Shown here: in pieces, positions 10,771 to 22,700 of the stretch
How positions within the stretch are numbered: the first letter of the stretch is position 1
Layout of the letters: each line of letters begins with the position of its first letter
Notes under the pieces: generated by a model
Seen by the model: only the letters and a program-made list of their open reading frames with translations
What the model was told of the DNA's origin: nothing
Database searches by the model: none
Position numbers and translations under genes: made by a program
Assembly: GCF_019464535.1 (NCBI RefSeq)
Contig: NZ_CP080507.1
Location: 3,360,001 to 3,392,000 of the forward strand
DNA: 32,000 nucleotides
Origin: Horticoccus luteus
Lineage (GTDB): Bacteria > Verrucomicrobiota > Verrucomicrobiia > Opitutales > Opitutaceae
Direction of reading: 5' to 3'

Positions 10771-13700
10771 AGGCGTCGGTCGCGACGCTGCGAACGGTGA
10801 TTGAGACGTTTGTGACGGTGAGGGCGTTGTCTTCGACGAGGCTGATGCCCGCGCTGCCGGCGCTGGCGGCGAGCGTGTCGAGGCCGACTTCGAGAGGATT
10901 GGCGGAAGTGCCGATGCCGGTGCCGGCAACGAGGCGGGCGGCGCTGGAGCTGATGTCTTGATAGGTGTCGCCCGCGTCGAAGATCGACCCGGCGCTCGCG
11001 GTCAACGTGACGGAGCCGGTGCCGGCTTGCACGCCGCCGAGCGTGATGTTCGTTGCAGCCAACATCCGGACGTTGCCATTGGAGGTCGCGACTTGCGCAT
11101 TGTCCGCGAAGGTGATCGCGCCGGTGCCCGCCACGACGTTCGCGTCGCCGCCGCTCGTCTTGAGATCAGCGGTGGGGTTGAAGGTGACGTTGGCTGCGCC
11201 GAGCACGGTGACGTCACCGGTGCCGCTGAGGATGTCGGTGTTAGCGGTGATCGAAGTGCCCGCCCCACCCGCCTGCACGAGAATGTTGCCGGAGCCGTTC
11301 GCGCTCAGCGCGACGTTGGCGATGCCGCCCGTGCCATCGGAGAGCGTGATGTCGCCCGCGAGCGTGTGGAGGACGATGCTGCCATTGCCGGCGGTCACCA
11401 AGTCGGACAGCGTCGTGGTGGTGGTCAACGTGGTGGCGGTCGTGGCGTCAGCGGCCACGCGGTTGGTCGAGAACGTCGTGACGGTGTCGACGGTGATCGC
11501 GGTCGATTCGAGGAGATTGATGGCGGACCCGCTCCCACCCGTCGTCGTCTGGGCGGCGACGGTGACGAGTTCGGTCTCGATGGCGTTGTCCACGCCGGAG
11601 CCGACGAGGCCGATGGAGGTCTTCGCCTGGAGGCGCGCGGTGCGGCCGAAAATATTCACCTCGGTGGCGGCGCGCACTTTGTTGTCGGTGATGGAACCGG
11701 CGGTCGCGGTGACACCAACACTGCCCCAGGTGGCCTGGCTGATCAGAGTCGAGCCGGCGCGGTCGGTGTTGCGGCGTGCATCGAGGACGCCGAGGGTAAC
11801 GTCGACGGCCGCGGTGAAGGTGATGTTGGCGCCATCGGTCTGTGCGGTGAGCGTGGAGGCCTGGCTGATGCTGCGGGTAACGGCCTCGACGTCGATCGTG
11901 CCAGGCGTGGCAGCAACGATGACGTTGCCGGTGCCGGCGAACACGACATCGCGGCCACCGCGCACGGTGATATTGCCGTTGCCCGAGAGGACCTGCGCGT
12001 TGACGAGGACATCAGTCGAGGTGCTCTTCGCTTCGATGAGAATATTGCCGCTGCCGTTCGCGCTGATGGCGGCAGAGGCGAGGCCGCCCGAGCCTTCGTT
12101 CAACGTGATCGTGCCCGCGAGGGTTTGCAGAATGATGCTGCCATTACCGGCGGTGACCAGGTCGGAGAGCGTCGCGGTCGTGGTGGCGGCGGTCGAGACG
12201 GTGGCATCGGAGCCGACGCGATTCGTCGAGAAGGAAGCGACGGTGTCGACGGCGAGGGCGGTCGATTCGAGGAGGTTGATGGCGGACCCCACGCCACCGG
12301 TCGTCGTCTGCGCGGCGACGGTGGCGAGTTCGGTTTCGATGGCGTTATCAACGCCGGAGCCGACGAGGCCGATGCTGGTCTTCGCGGCGAGACGGGCGCC
12401 GGCCGCGTAAACGTTAACGGTCGAGGCGGCGCGGGCTTTGTTATCCGTGATCGAGCCGGCGGTGGCGGTGACGGCGACATTGCCCCAAGTGGCTTGATTC
12501 GTGAGGGTGGAGCCGGCGCGATCGGTGTTCTTCCGGGCGTCGACGACGCCGAGCTTTACGTCCACCGCCGCGGAGAGAGAGATGTTGGCGCCGTCGGTCT
12601 GCGCGGTGAGCGTCGAAGCTTGGTCGATCGTCCCGGTTTGCGCGGCGACATCGATGGTGCCGGGGGCGGCGAGGACGATGACGTTGCCGGTCGCAGCGAA
12701 GGTAACGTTGCGCTGGGCGAGGATCGAAATGTTACCGGAGGCGGACTTGATCGCGGCGTTGACCAACACGTCAGTCGCGGCCCCGAGCGCCTGCACGAGC
12801 ACGTTGCCGGATCCGGCGGCGGAGATCGCGGTGCCGGCGACGAGGGCGCCGTCGTTCAAAGTGATGGTGCCGGCCGTCGTGCGGATCACGATCGAACCGG
12901 TGCCGGTGCTGGTGACGTCGCTCTTGGTGACCGGCGATGTGTTCACCGAGCTACCGTCGGTTTGGACTTCGGCGATGGCGAAGACCACGGTGGAAACGGT
13001 GAGGGCATCATCTTCCAAGAGGTAAGCGCCACCCGCGCCGGTTTCGGCGGTGAAGGTGCCGATCGTGGTTTCGAACGCGTTGGCGGAAGTGCCGAAGCCG
13101 CCGTTGAGCGCGGAGACACGAAGCGAAGCGGCGACGACGTCTTTCGCGAGCTCACCTGCATCGAGGACCGAGGCCGAAGACGAGAAGAGCTCGACGAAGC
13201 CGCTGCCGGCGTTGAGGCCGGTGACGGTGACATTGCCGTTGGCGCGGTAGTCGATGTTGCCGCCGGCGGTGGTGGCGGTCGTGTCGGCCGCCATCGTGAT
13301 CGTGCCCGTGATGGCCTTGACGCTGATCGCACCGGTGCCGGAGCTGACCAGCAAGTCGCCGCCAGAATTTTGGGCAATGTTGCCGGCCGCGTAGAGGGAG
13401 ATGTTGCCGCTGCCGGAAACGACATCGGAACTGAAGACGACATCTGCGCCCGTCGATTGGAGCAGGACGTTGCCGGCGCCGTTGGCGCTGACGCCGAAGG
13501 TGTTCGTCGGCGTGCCGTCGGTGACGGTGATCGTGCCTGCCGCGACGAGAACGATGCTGCCGCCGGCGGAGGTGACGAGATCGCTCTGATCGGAAACGAC
13601 GAGGTCGCTGGTGAGCGCGGTGGCGGCGACGCGCTGGACGGTCACACCAACGGTGCCGACGGTAATCGCATCGGTCTCGGCAAGCCTGATGCCACCGGCG

Positions 13701-16700
13701 CCCGCGGAGGCGCTGAGAGTGCCGACCGCGATTTCCAAGGGGTTAACCGTGCCACCAAGCGCGCCGATTGCGTTGGCGGCTTTCAAGCGGAGGAACGTCG
13801 CGGACACATCGGCGCCACCCACATCGCCCTGGTCGGTGATGGAGCCGGTGTTCGCCGTGATGCTGGCGGTGCCAGCCGTCGTGACGCCGCCGAGGAGGAC
13901 GTTAACACCAGCCCACACGCGGATGCCGCCGGTGCCGGTGCCAACGGAGAAGCGGCTGTTGTCATCCTGCGTGATGCTCCCGGCGGTCGCTTCGAGATCG
14001 AGCGAGCCAGTCGCAGCGGAGACGACGTCGGCGCCAGCAGCGAACGTGAGGCTGCCGGCGGCGAGCACGGTGACGTTGCCGGAGGCGGCGCGGATATCGG
14101 CGTTTGTGTTGGCAGTGATATTACCGGTGGTCGCTTGGACGAGGATGTTGCCGGCTCCTTGAGCGTCGACGCTGCGGCCATCGGCGTCCGCGCCGTCGGA
14201 CAGCGTGATCGTGCCGCCGGCCACGAGGACGAGATTGCCGGCACCGGTCGCGGTGAGATCGGACAGCGTGCGCGTGTTGGCGGAAGGCGGCGTAACGGCG
14301 TCGAGGCCCACGCGGTTGACAGCGACGGTGACGGTGTTGACGGCGACGGCGTCGGTTTCCGCGATGAACAGGCCCGCGCTGCCGGCGACCTGAGCGGCGA
14401 TGGTGTCGACGCTGGTTTCGATCGGGTTGGTCGACTGGCCGACATTGGCGCCGGCGAAGAGGTAGAGGCTGGCGGCAGTCACATCGACGGCGCCGGAATC
14501 GGCGAGATCGAGGATGCTGCCCGCGGTGGCGACCAAGCCGACGGCGCCAGTGCCTGCCGTGATCGCGCCCAATGTGATCGCCCCCGTGGTGGCTTCGAAG
14601 AGAACGTGGCCGTTGTTCGTCGCGGCGGTGGCGGTCAGATCCATCGTGATCGCCCCCGCAGCGAGGACGTCGATGGTCTTGCCGGCGCCTTGAGTCTGGA
14701 GATTGCCTCCGGCGTTCTGCACGACGTCGTCCGCAGAGCTCAACGCGAGATTGCCGCCGGTGCTCACCACGAGCGCATTGAGGATAAGGTTGGCGTCGCT
14801 CGCGGTGCCTTCGACGGTCTCGCCGGTGCGGAGGACGAGATTACCCGCGGCGCTGATGCCGGTGGCGGGCGTGACAATGCCGCCGTTGACGGTGAGCGTG
14901 CCGCTGACAGTCGAGACGACGATGGCGCCGGTGCTGACGAGGTCTTCCTGTGCCTCGTCGGTCGTGGCGTTCGTGGAGAGCGTAACGCCGTCCAAGGCGA
15001 CGCGATTGACGGCGACGTCGGCGACGGCGTCGATGATGAGGTTATCGGTTTCGCTGAGGAACAGGCCACCGGTCCCGACCGCGGCGGTCAGCGTCGTGAT
15101 GGTCGTCTGCAAGGCCGCCGAGTTCGTGCCGACGCCACCGGCCACCGAAGTGGTTTCGAGACGGAGATTCGCGGCGACGACGTCGATGTCGCTCGTGCCG
15201 CTGTCGGTGATATTCGCGGCCTTCAGGGAAACGGACGCGTTGCCGGCATTGAGGTTGCCGACGGTCATGGTGCCAGTCGCGAGGTAACGGATGTTGGCGT
15301 TGGCGGCGGTGGCGCTGTTGCCGTCGAACATCGCGATATTGCCGCCGGCGCTGACGTCGATCGTGCCACCGGTCGTGGAAATGTCGCCGGCGGTATTGGC
15401 AGCGCCGCCCTGCGTGATGTCAGCGGTGGCGACGAGGCTGAGGTTGCCGGTTGCGAGCGTGATGGCGCTTTGGATCGAAAGGCTGCCGGTGACCGAGAGG
15501 AGCACGTTGCCTGCGCCCGTGACGTTGATGGCCTGGGCGTTGGAATCGCCGTCGTTCAGCGTGAGGTTGCCGCCGGTAACGAGGACCAGGGCGCCGCCGG
15601 CTGTGGCGGTGAGATCGGACTGGCTTGCGACGGTGGTGCTCGGGGCGGTCGCCGTGGAGTCGACGCGGTTGATGGAAACGCTGACGCTGCCGATCGCGAG
15701 CGCATCGGTTTCGTCGATGAAGGTGCCGCCGGTGCCCGCGCTGCTGGTAGTCAGAGTCGCAACGGTTGTTTCGAGGTGGTCAGTGCCCGTGCCGATGTTG
15801 GAGCCGGCGAAGACGACCAAGCCGCTAGCGGTGACGTCGACGGCCGAGGTGTCGGCCGCGACATCGAGAATCGAGCCAAGGATGGCGATGAGGGCGACGT
15901 TGGCCGTGCCGGCGTTTACTTCGCCGAGGTTGATGTTGCCAGTCGCCGCGCGGTAGAGAATGGCGCCGTTGTTGGTGACCGCGGTGGCGCCGTCGCTCAT
16001 ATCGATGAGTCCGGCGGCGAGAACGTCGATGGTGCTGCCGGAAGCGGCGGTCTGCAGATCGCCGTTGGCCGTCTGTATGACGTCGTCCGTGGAGTTGAGA
16101 CTGATGTTGCCGGCGGTGCTGAGGACGAGGGCGTTAAGGGTGAGGCTGGCGCTCGTGCCTTCGATGAGTTCTCCGGTCTGGAGGAGGATGTTGCCCGTGG
16201 CGCTGATGCCATTGGTGTCGGTGCCGCCGTTGACCGTGATGGCGCCGTCGAGCGTGCGAAGGACGATCGCGCCGGTGCTCACGAGGTCGGACTGGTCGGC
16301 GTCGGTCGTGCCGACGGTGGTCAGCGTGGTGCCATCGGTGCTCACGCGGTTGACGGCGACGGCGGCGACGGTGGCGATGATGATGTCGTTGGCTTCGGTG
16401 AGGAAGAGGCCGGCGGTGCCGACGAGCGCGGAGAGAGTGCCAACGGAAATCTGGAGCGGGCTCGCGCCTGTGCCGACGCCACCGGCGAGAGCGGTCGTCT
16501 CGAGGCGGAGGTTCGCGGCGGTGACGTCCGTATCGGTGGTGCCGGAGTCGGTGATGGTGGTCGCCTTCAGGCTGACGGAGGCGGTGCCGGCGTTGATGTC
16601 GCCGATCGAAAGGGCATCGCCGGAGAAGTAGCGGATGTTGGCGTTGGTCGTCGTGGCGCTGTTGCCATCGAACATCGTGATCGTGGTGCCGGCCTGGACG

Positions 16701-19700
16701 TCGATGGTGCCGCCGGTGGTGACGAGGTCGCCTTTCGTATTGGCCGCCCCACCCTGCGTGATGCTCGTAGTCGCGACCAAGCTGAGGTGGCCCGTGGCGG
16801 TCGAGACGCTAGCTTGGAGAGAAATACTGCCGGTGACGTCGAGACGGATGTTGCCGGTGCCGGTGACCTTGATGCCTTCGTTGTCGCCGTCGCCATCGTT
16901 GACCGTCAGCGCGCCACCCACGATGAGGACGATCGAACCGCCGCCGCTGGCTTCAACGTCAGCCTGCGTGAAGGAAGGTGTGCTGGCCACGGCGCTGGTC
17001 GCGTCGATGCGGTTGACGGCGACCGTGACGGAGTCGACCACGAGGCCGTTGGTCTCGGTGATGAACGTGCCGCCGGTGCCGCCCGAGCGGCTGGAAAGCG
17101 TGGTGATGGTCGTCTCGATCGGATTCGCAGCGGAGCCGATGTCGCCGGTGGCGGTGATGAGCAGGCCCGAAGCGGCGATGTCGACCGCGGAAGAATCGGC
17201 ATGGTCAACGATCGAGCCGGTGACGAAGAGGGCGACGTTGCCCGTGGTCGAGATTGACGAGAGAGTCAGCGAACCACCGCTCGTGTAACGGATGTTGCCA
17301 CTGCCGCTGGTGGCATCGTTGCCTTCGAACATCGTGACGGCGGAGCCTGCGACCACGTCGATCGTGCCGGTGCCGGTCGTGGCGATATCGCCATCGGTGT
17401 TGACCGCCCCACCCTGCGTGATCGAGCCCGTGACGTTGAGGCTGATGCTGCCGGTGCCGCTGTGCACTTGCGCTTGAACGGAGAGACTGCCGGCGACGCC
17501 GAGGTAGATGTTGCCCGAGCCGTTGGCACTCACGGATTCGTGGTCGGCATCGCCGTCGTTCAACGTCAGTGAGCCCGCGAGGGTTTGCAGGACGATGGCG
17601 CCGTTTCCGGCGGTGGTGACAACGTCGCTGAGACTCGCGAGATCTTGCTGCGTGGCGGTCGCGCCGGCGGTGGCGAGGCCGGAGACGCGGTTGACCGCCA
17701 CCTGGCCGACCGTGTCGATCGTAAGCGCGGTGCTGTCGACGAGATTGATGCCGCCCGTCGCGGCCTGCGCGGCGAGCGTGAGGACTTCGGTTTCAAGGGC
17801 GTTGGCCGTGCCGGCGCCGAGGGTGCCGATGCTGGAGCCCGCGACGAGGCGGGCTTGATTGGCGAAGAGAATGATGTCGGTCGCGACGGCCGCCTTCGCG
17901 TCCGTGATCGCACCGCTGCCGGCGATGATGCTCAGGTTGCCCCAACTCGCTTGATTCGTGAGGAGGCCGTCGCCGCGGTTTGTCGCGTCGCGAGCATCAA
18001 GGCGCGCGAGGACGACGTTGGTGCCGGCCTGATAGCGGATGTTCTGACTGACGGTTTGAGCGAGCGTGAAGGTCGAGCCGTTGACGGCCATCGTGATGGC
18101 GCCGGCGGTGGCAAGCACATCGATCGTGCCGGCGCCGGAGGTGATGACGTCACCCTTCACCGTGGCGCTGACGAAGTTTTGATTAACGTTGTTCGCCGCG
18201 ATGATGCTGATGCTGCCGGTGCCGCTTTGCACGGTGGCGTTGAGCGAAATATTCCGGGCGGTGCCGCCGGTCTTGCCCGCTTCGAGGCGGATGTTGCCAC
18301 TGCCGTTGGCACTGACGCCCACGCCGCCGGCCGGCGAGGTGCCGTCGTTGACGGTGATGCTGCCGTCGATGGTGCGTAGGATGATGTTGCCGTTGCTCGC
18401 GGCGGTCGTGAGGTCGCTCTGCGCGGCGTCGGTCGTGCCACCGACGACGCTCGCAGTGCCATCGGTCGCGACGCGTTTGACGGAGACGGCGACGTCGTCG
18501 ATCGCCAGGTCGGAGCTTTCGAGAAGATTGATCGCACCGGCACCGGCACGGGCGGTGAGCGTGGCGCCTTCGGTTTCGATCGGATTCGGCGTCGCACCGT
18601 CAACGCCGAGATAGGTGGCGGCGTTAAGACGAATGCCGTTGCCGTAAATGTTGACGGCCGTGCCGCCCGCGGCCTTCGCGTCGCTGATGTGGCCGGTGAC
18701 GGCGAGGACGCTGATGCTGCCCCAAGTGTTCTGGGTCGAGAGCGCCGGATTGGACGCGCGGGCATCGAGAACACCGAGGATCACGTCAACGTTGGCCTTG
18801 TAACGGATGTTCTGGCTGAGGACCTGGCTGGCGGTCGTCGAATTCATCGTGATCGAGCCGTTGGTGGCTTCGACGTCGAGCGTGCCGGTGCCGGTCAAGG
18901 TGATCGTGCCGCCGGCGTTCTGGTTCACATTGCCAGAAGCGAGGATGGTGACGCTGCCGGTGGTCGCGGAGATAGCCGCACCGAGAGTTATATCCGCGGT
19001 GGCGGCGACGTGCTGCGACTGCAGGAGGACGTTGCCGACGGCACCCGTGACGGCGACCGCGCCGGACACGTTGAGCGAGCCATCGATCGTGCGCACGACG
19101 ACGGAGCCTGCGGCCCCGCCCGAGGTGATGCCGCCCGCGGCGATCGTGAGATCATCGGCTTCGAGCAGGTAGATGCCGCCGTTGGTGGTGTTGGTCGCGG
19201 TGACGCTGGCGACCTGGGTATTGAAATCGTCCGCAGAGCTGCCGATGCCCGCCGCGGCGCTGAGGACGAGCGTGGTCGTGCTGCCGCGAACGTTGGTCGC
19301 TTCGCCGGTGAGATTGTCAGAGATCGCACCCGCGGTGGACGTCAACGTGACGGTGGCCGGCGAGTTGATGATGCTGACCTGCAGGTTGGACGAGGCGGTG
19401 TAGCTGATCGAGTTAGTCGCCTGCGTGATGACGCCGCTCGTCATGACGAGGGTGCCGGCGGCGGCGTTGAACGTGATCGTATTGGCGCCGGTGGTGACGT
19501 TGGCGCCTTGCATGATGCCGCCCGCGGAAGAGGTGGCGGAGATCGCGCCGCTGGTGCTGCTGATGACGGCGGTGTTGGAGAGAGTGCCGGTCGAGCTGAG
19601 GGTGATGCCGCCCGTGGTCGAAGTGACGACTTGGTTGACGGCAAGGGTCTTGGCCGTGCCGGCCGCGCCGATCGTGATGTTGCCGGTGCCGACTGTCGTG

Positions 19701-22700
19701 ACGCCCGTGCCGGAGCCGAGGACGGTGATGTTGCCGGCCTCGGTGGTGATCGAAATGTTGCCGCTGCCAGCGGCCGAAGTCTGGCTGACGCCCGTCACCT
19801 GGAGGTCGGCGCCGGCGGCGAGTTCGTTGATGATGAGGTTGCCGCTGCCGCGATTGACGGCGGTGACGGTCGTGACGGAGGTGAAGCCGAGGTTGATGCC
19901 GGTCTGCGCCGAGACGTTGAGGTCGGCCGCGTTGATGGGCTCGGACGAAACGCCGTCGGCCGCCGGGTCGTTGAGTTGCGAGATCTGGCCGTTGGCGGAG
20001 TAGAGAACGACGTTGTAGAGAGTCGAACCGGCGGTGCTCAGACGGGCGTTGAGCGTGTTGTTGACGGTGATATTGTTGACGGCATCGAGCGTGAGGTTGT
20101 TCGAGACTTGGAAGACATAGTTGGAATCCGTGAAATCGGACACCTCGATGCTGCCGCCGTAAACGTAGAGCGGATCCTTGAAGCTGACGGAGGATGGCCC
20201 GATGGCACCGATGCGGACGGCACCCGTGCCCGACGCGTGGCCGGAGGTGGCGCGGCCGATGTAGATGCCGGTAAAGCCACCCTTCAGGGCACGAACATCT
20301 GCGTTGGACAGCGTGAACCCGGAGCCGTCGGCGAAGGGCGGATCGGCGATATCCATGGCACGGTTGCTGGTGTAGGGCATCAACGTGATCGAACCGGTGC
20401 CCACGACGGAGTTGGTGGCGCCTTGGAAGTCGATCTCGTCAGACTCGATGGAAATATTGCCGCCGCCATTCACGGTGAGGCCCTTCTCAAAGACGACGTG
20501 GGCGGCGCCGGTGATGGTGAGTTTGCCGTTCGAAATCGTGACCGCTTTGCTAAAGGTAACGGTGCCGCTGGCGTTGATGATGACGTCGCCGTTCATCGTG
20601 AGCGTATCGTCGAAGGAGACGTCTTTGGCGTTGGTGACCTTGAGCCCTTCGAGCGGATCGGTGCCGCCGACGGGACCCTTGAACGTCACGTTGCCATTCG
20701 GAGCGCTGACGATGAGCGAGTCGTCGCCCGGCGAGCTGTCGCCGTCGAGGAAGATGCCGGTGTTGCCGCCGAACTGCACATCGCCGTTTTGCGAGGTGAC
20801 GGTGCGGTTTTGGCCGGAGATGATCACGGAGTCGTTGAACGTGTTGTTCCCCGGCATCGTGATGTCGGCGGAGATCGTCGTGGTGTGGCCGGAACCGTAA
20901 ATGTAGAGCGAGGCGTTGTCGGTGCCGACGAGGTTGTTATAGATGAACACTTCGCCGCCGGCCATCGGGTTGCGCACGATGAGCGGGTCGTCAAACGTGA
21001 TGACGCCCGTGGGATTCGCCTTGTCACCGAGGTAGACGACATGGGCGCCGTCGACGCTGCCGATTTCGATTTGCTGGAATCCGTTCTGCAGGAGCCCGAG
21101 CGCGGTGTTGTCGAGGTGGAACGCGGTGCCGATCGCGCTGAGGAAATCGCCGATGTAGATGGGCGCCGTGCTTTGACGCGGGTGCAAGGTAAGGACGCCG
21201 CCGGGGCTGCTCACCGTGCTGGTGATGTTAACGTTGTCCGCGATGAGGCTGACGTTGTCGCCACCTGCATCGATTGGCGACGCGATGGTCTGGGTGCCGG
21301 TCAGGGAAACGACGCCGGTCGTGCCGCCCTTCGAGCCGCTGCCGCCGGAATCGTTTTGCACGATGATGCCGGCGAGGGCGAAGACGTAGACGGGGAGGCG
21401 GTTCGAGCTGGAGGTCGTGACCTTCGCGGCGTTGATGACGAGAGCGAGCGGGCTGTAGGTAAAGCCGGCGACGGAATCGCCGATCTTGTCGCGGGCGCGC
21501 AAGGTGATGGTGCCGAGCGTGGTGTTGAGATACGGCCCATCGGCGGAGCGGACGGCGGTGCCGTTGGCAAATCCGTGAACGAGGATTTCGCTCAGCGTCA
21601 TGTTGGCGGTGAGGATTTCACCGGTATTGAGATCGACCGTCGCCACGCCTTGGCGGAGAACCCAATCGGTCTCCGGATTGAAGCTGCCGCCGGGCAACCG
21701 CAGCCAGCCCACGACGCTGGCGTTGTTGATGATCGATCCTTGCGAAGCGACGAGCGTGATGTCGCCCGCACCGGCGACCGCGATGCCGTCGGAGAGCGTG
21801 ATGTCGCCGTTGTCGGTCGTGAGGCTGACGCCGCCGCCAGTCGTGACGATCGCGTAGTTGAGGGCGATGAAGGAGTCGGCGCCGCCGGCGTAGAGGGAAA
21901 TGTTGCCGGTCTTCGCGTGGATGCCGGTGCCGCCGATGGTGATCGCGCCATTGGCCGTCTCGATCGAGGTGGTGCCGGAACCGTCCTGAATGATTTGTGC
22001 GAGGATGAGTGCGTCAGCCTCGCGCAGCGCGATGGCGCCATGATGATTATAGAGCGAGAGCGAAGCGACGTTGGTCTTGATCGCGCCGGCGGTGCCGGAA
22101 CCGATGCCGTTATCCGCGCTGAGCACAAGCTTCGCCCCGGTCGCGGTGATCTCGGTGCCGCTATCGCTCGCAGCCAGAATCGCGCCGCCGGTGCTGGTGA
22201 TGACGAAGTCCGCAGGGTTGGTGGTGGTGAGCTTGCCGAGCGTGATGTCGCCTGCGGCGCTGAGAGAGATGAGGCCGCTGCCCGCTTTGACGTTGGTGCC
22301 GGCGGCCATCGTGAGGGCGCCGGTGCCGCCGTTGAACGTCACATCGCCGGCGGTCGTGGTGATCGCGGCCGCGGCGGAGAGATTGAGACCGGCGGCGCCG
22401 AGGAGGCTGATGTCACCGCTCGCGCTGGTCAGAGGCTGCGTCAGTGAGAGTGCGCCCGCGGTCGTCTGGAGATAAATGGCGGCGCTGCCCGTGGTGGTGA
22501 CGGCACCGCTGACGGTCATCGCTCCGCCGGACGTGACGTGGACCGCGGCGTTGCTGGAACTGACGAGGCCGGTGACGGCAACGCCATCGGCTTCGGCGAT
22601 CGTGATCGCGCCACCGGCGGTGACGTTGAGCGTATCGGCTTCGAGGGTGGCGTTGACGGTCGTATGCGCGTTGAGCGTCACGCCGGCGGCGCTGTCGAGA

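Larger units (their letters stand above)
10771..19400 (-). repeat. About 13 diverged copies of the same ancestral 215-255 aa beta-helical super-module that forms the 648-bp array.
   Basis: A hallmark segment of the form (NP[LI]E[TV]..TL.A....GG..L.E.D.L.[IV]) was read directly at these positions: 10801-10910, 11480-11580, 12241-12300, 13000-13080, 13681-13740, 14341-14400, 15061-15120, 15721-15780, 16381-16440 and 17041-17100. By less careful reading it also occurs near 17780, 18560 and 19250. Spacing is about 660-780 bp. Other recurring landmarks are VNRV, SDL.T.G.G.I.L, LT[LV]NDG, SANGSGNI and NIRY. Confidence 0.8.

Noticed and set aside
258-10961. A regular lattice of alternating 111-aa and 101-aa + strand ORFs (MP.PFALTAVL... 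and MSPPSRIEPAVAV...) separated by 3 nt. It looks like an array of about 34 small genes.
   Set aside because: It is an artefact of the 648-bp period. Each unit contributes the same two out-of-frame stops (tga at ...atgtcttgata... and taa or tag at ...gagaagtaa...). No ribosome-binding sites or intergenic spacing are present. The ORFs lie entirely inside the minus-strand coding frame.
10958-17257. The longest ORF in the track (2,099 aa, + strand).
   Set aside because: It has the same antisense phase and the same Arg/Gly/Asp/Ala composition. The complementary frame reads as ordered repeat modules with hallmarks at 11.5, 12.3, 13.0, 13.7, 14.4, 15.1, 15.75, 16.4 and 17.07 kb.
12943-18774. Pro/Ser/Arg/Ala/Thr-rich minus-strand ORFs, for example 12943-13443, 13783-14445, 18157-18774 and 21598-22128.
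   Set aside because: They are in the minus phase offset by one from the real frame (codon low coordinate 1 mod 3). They show the typical out-of-frame composition of a GC-rich gene and are short and interrupted.
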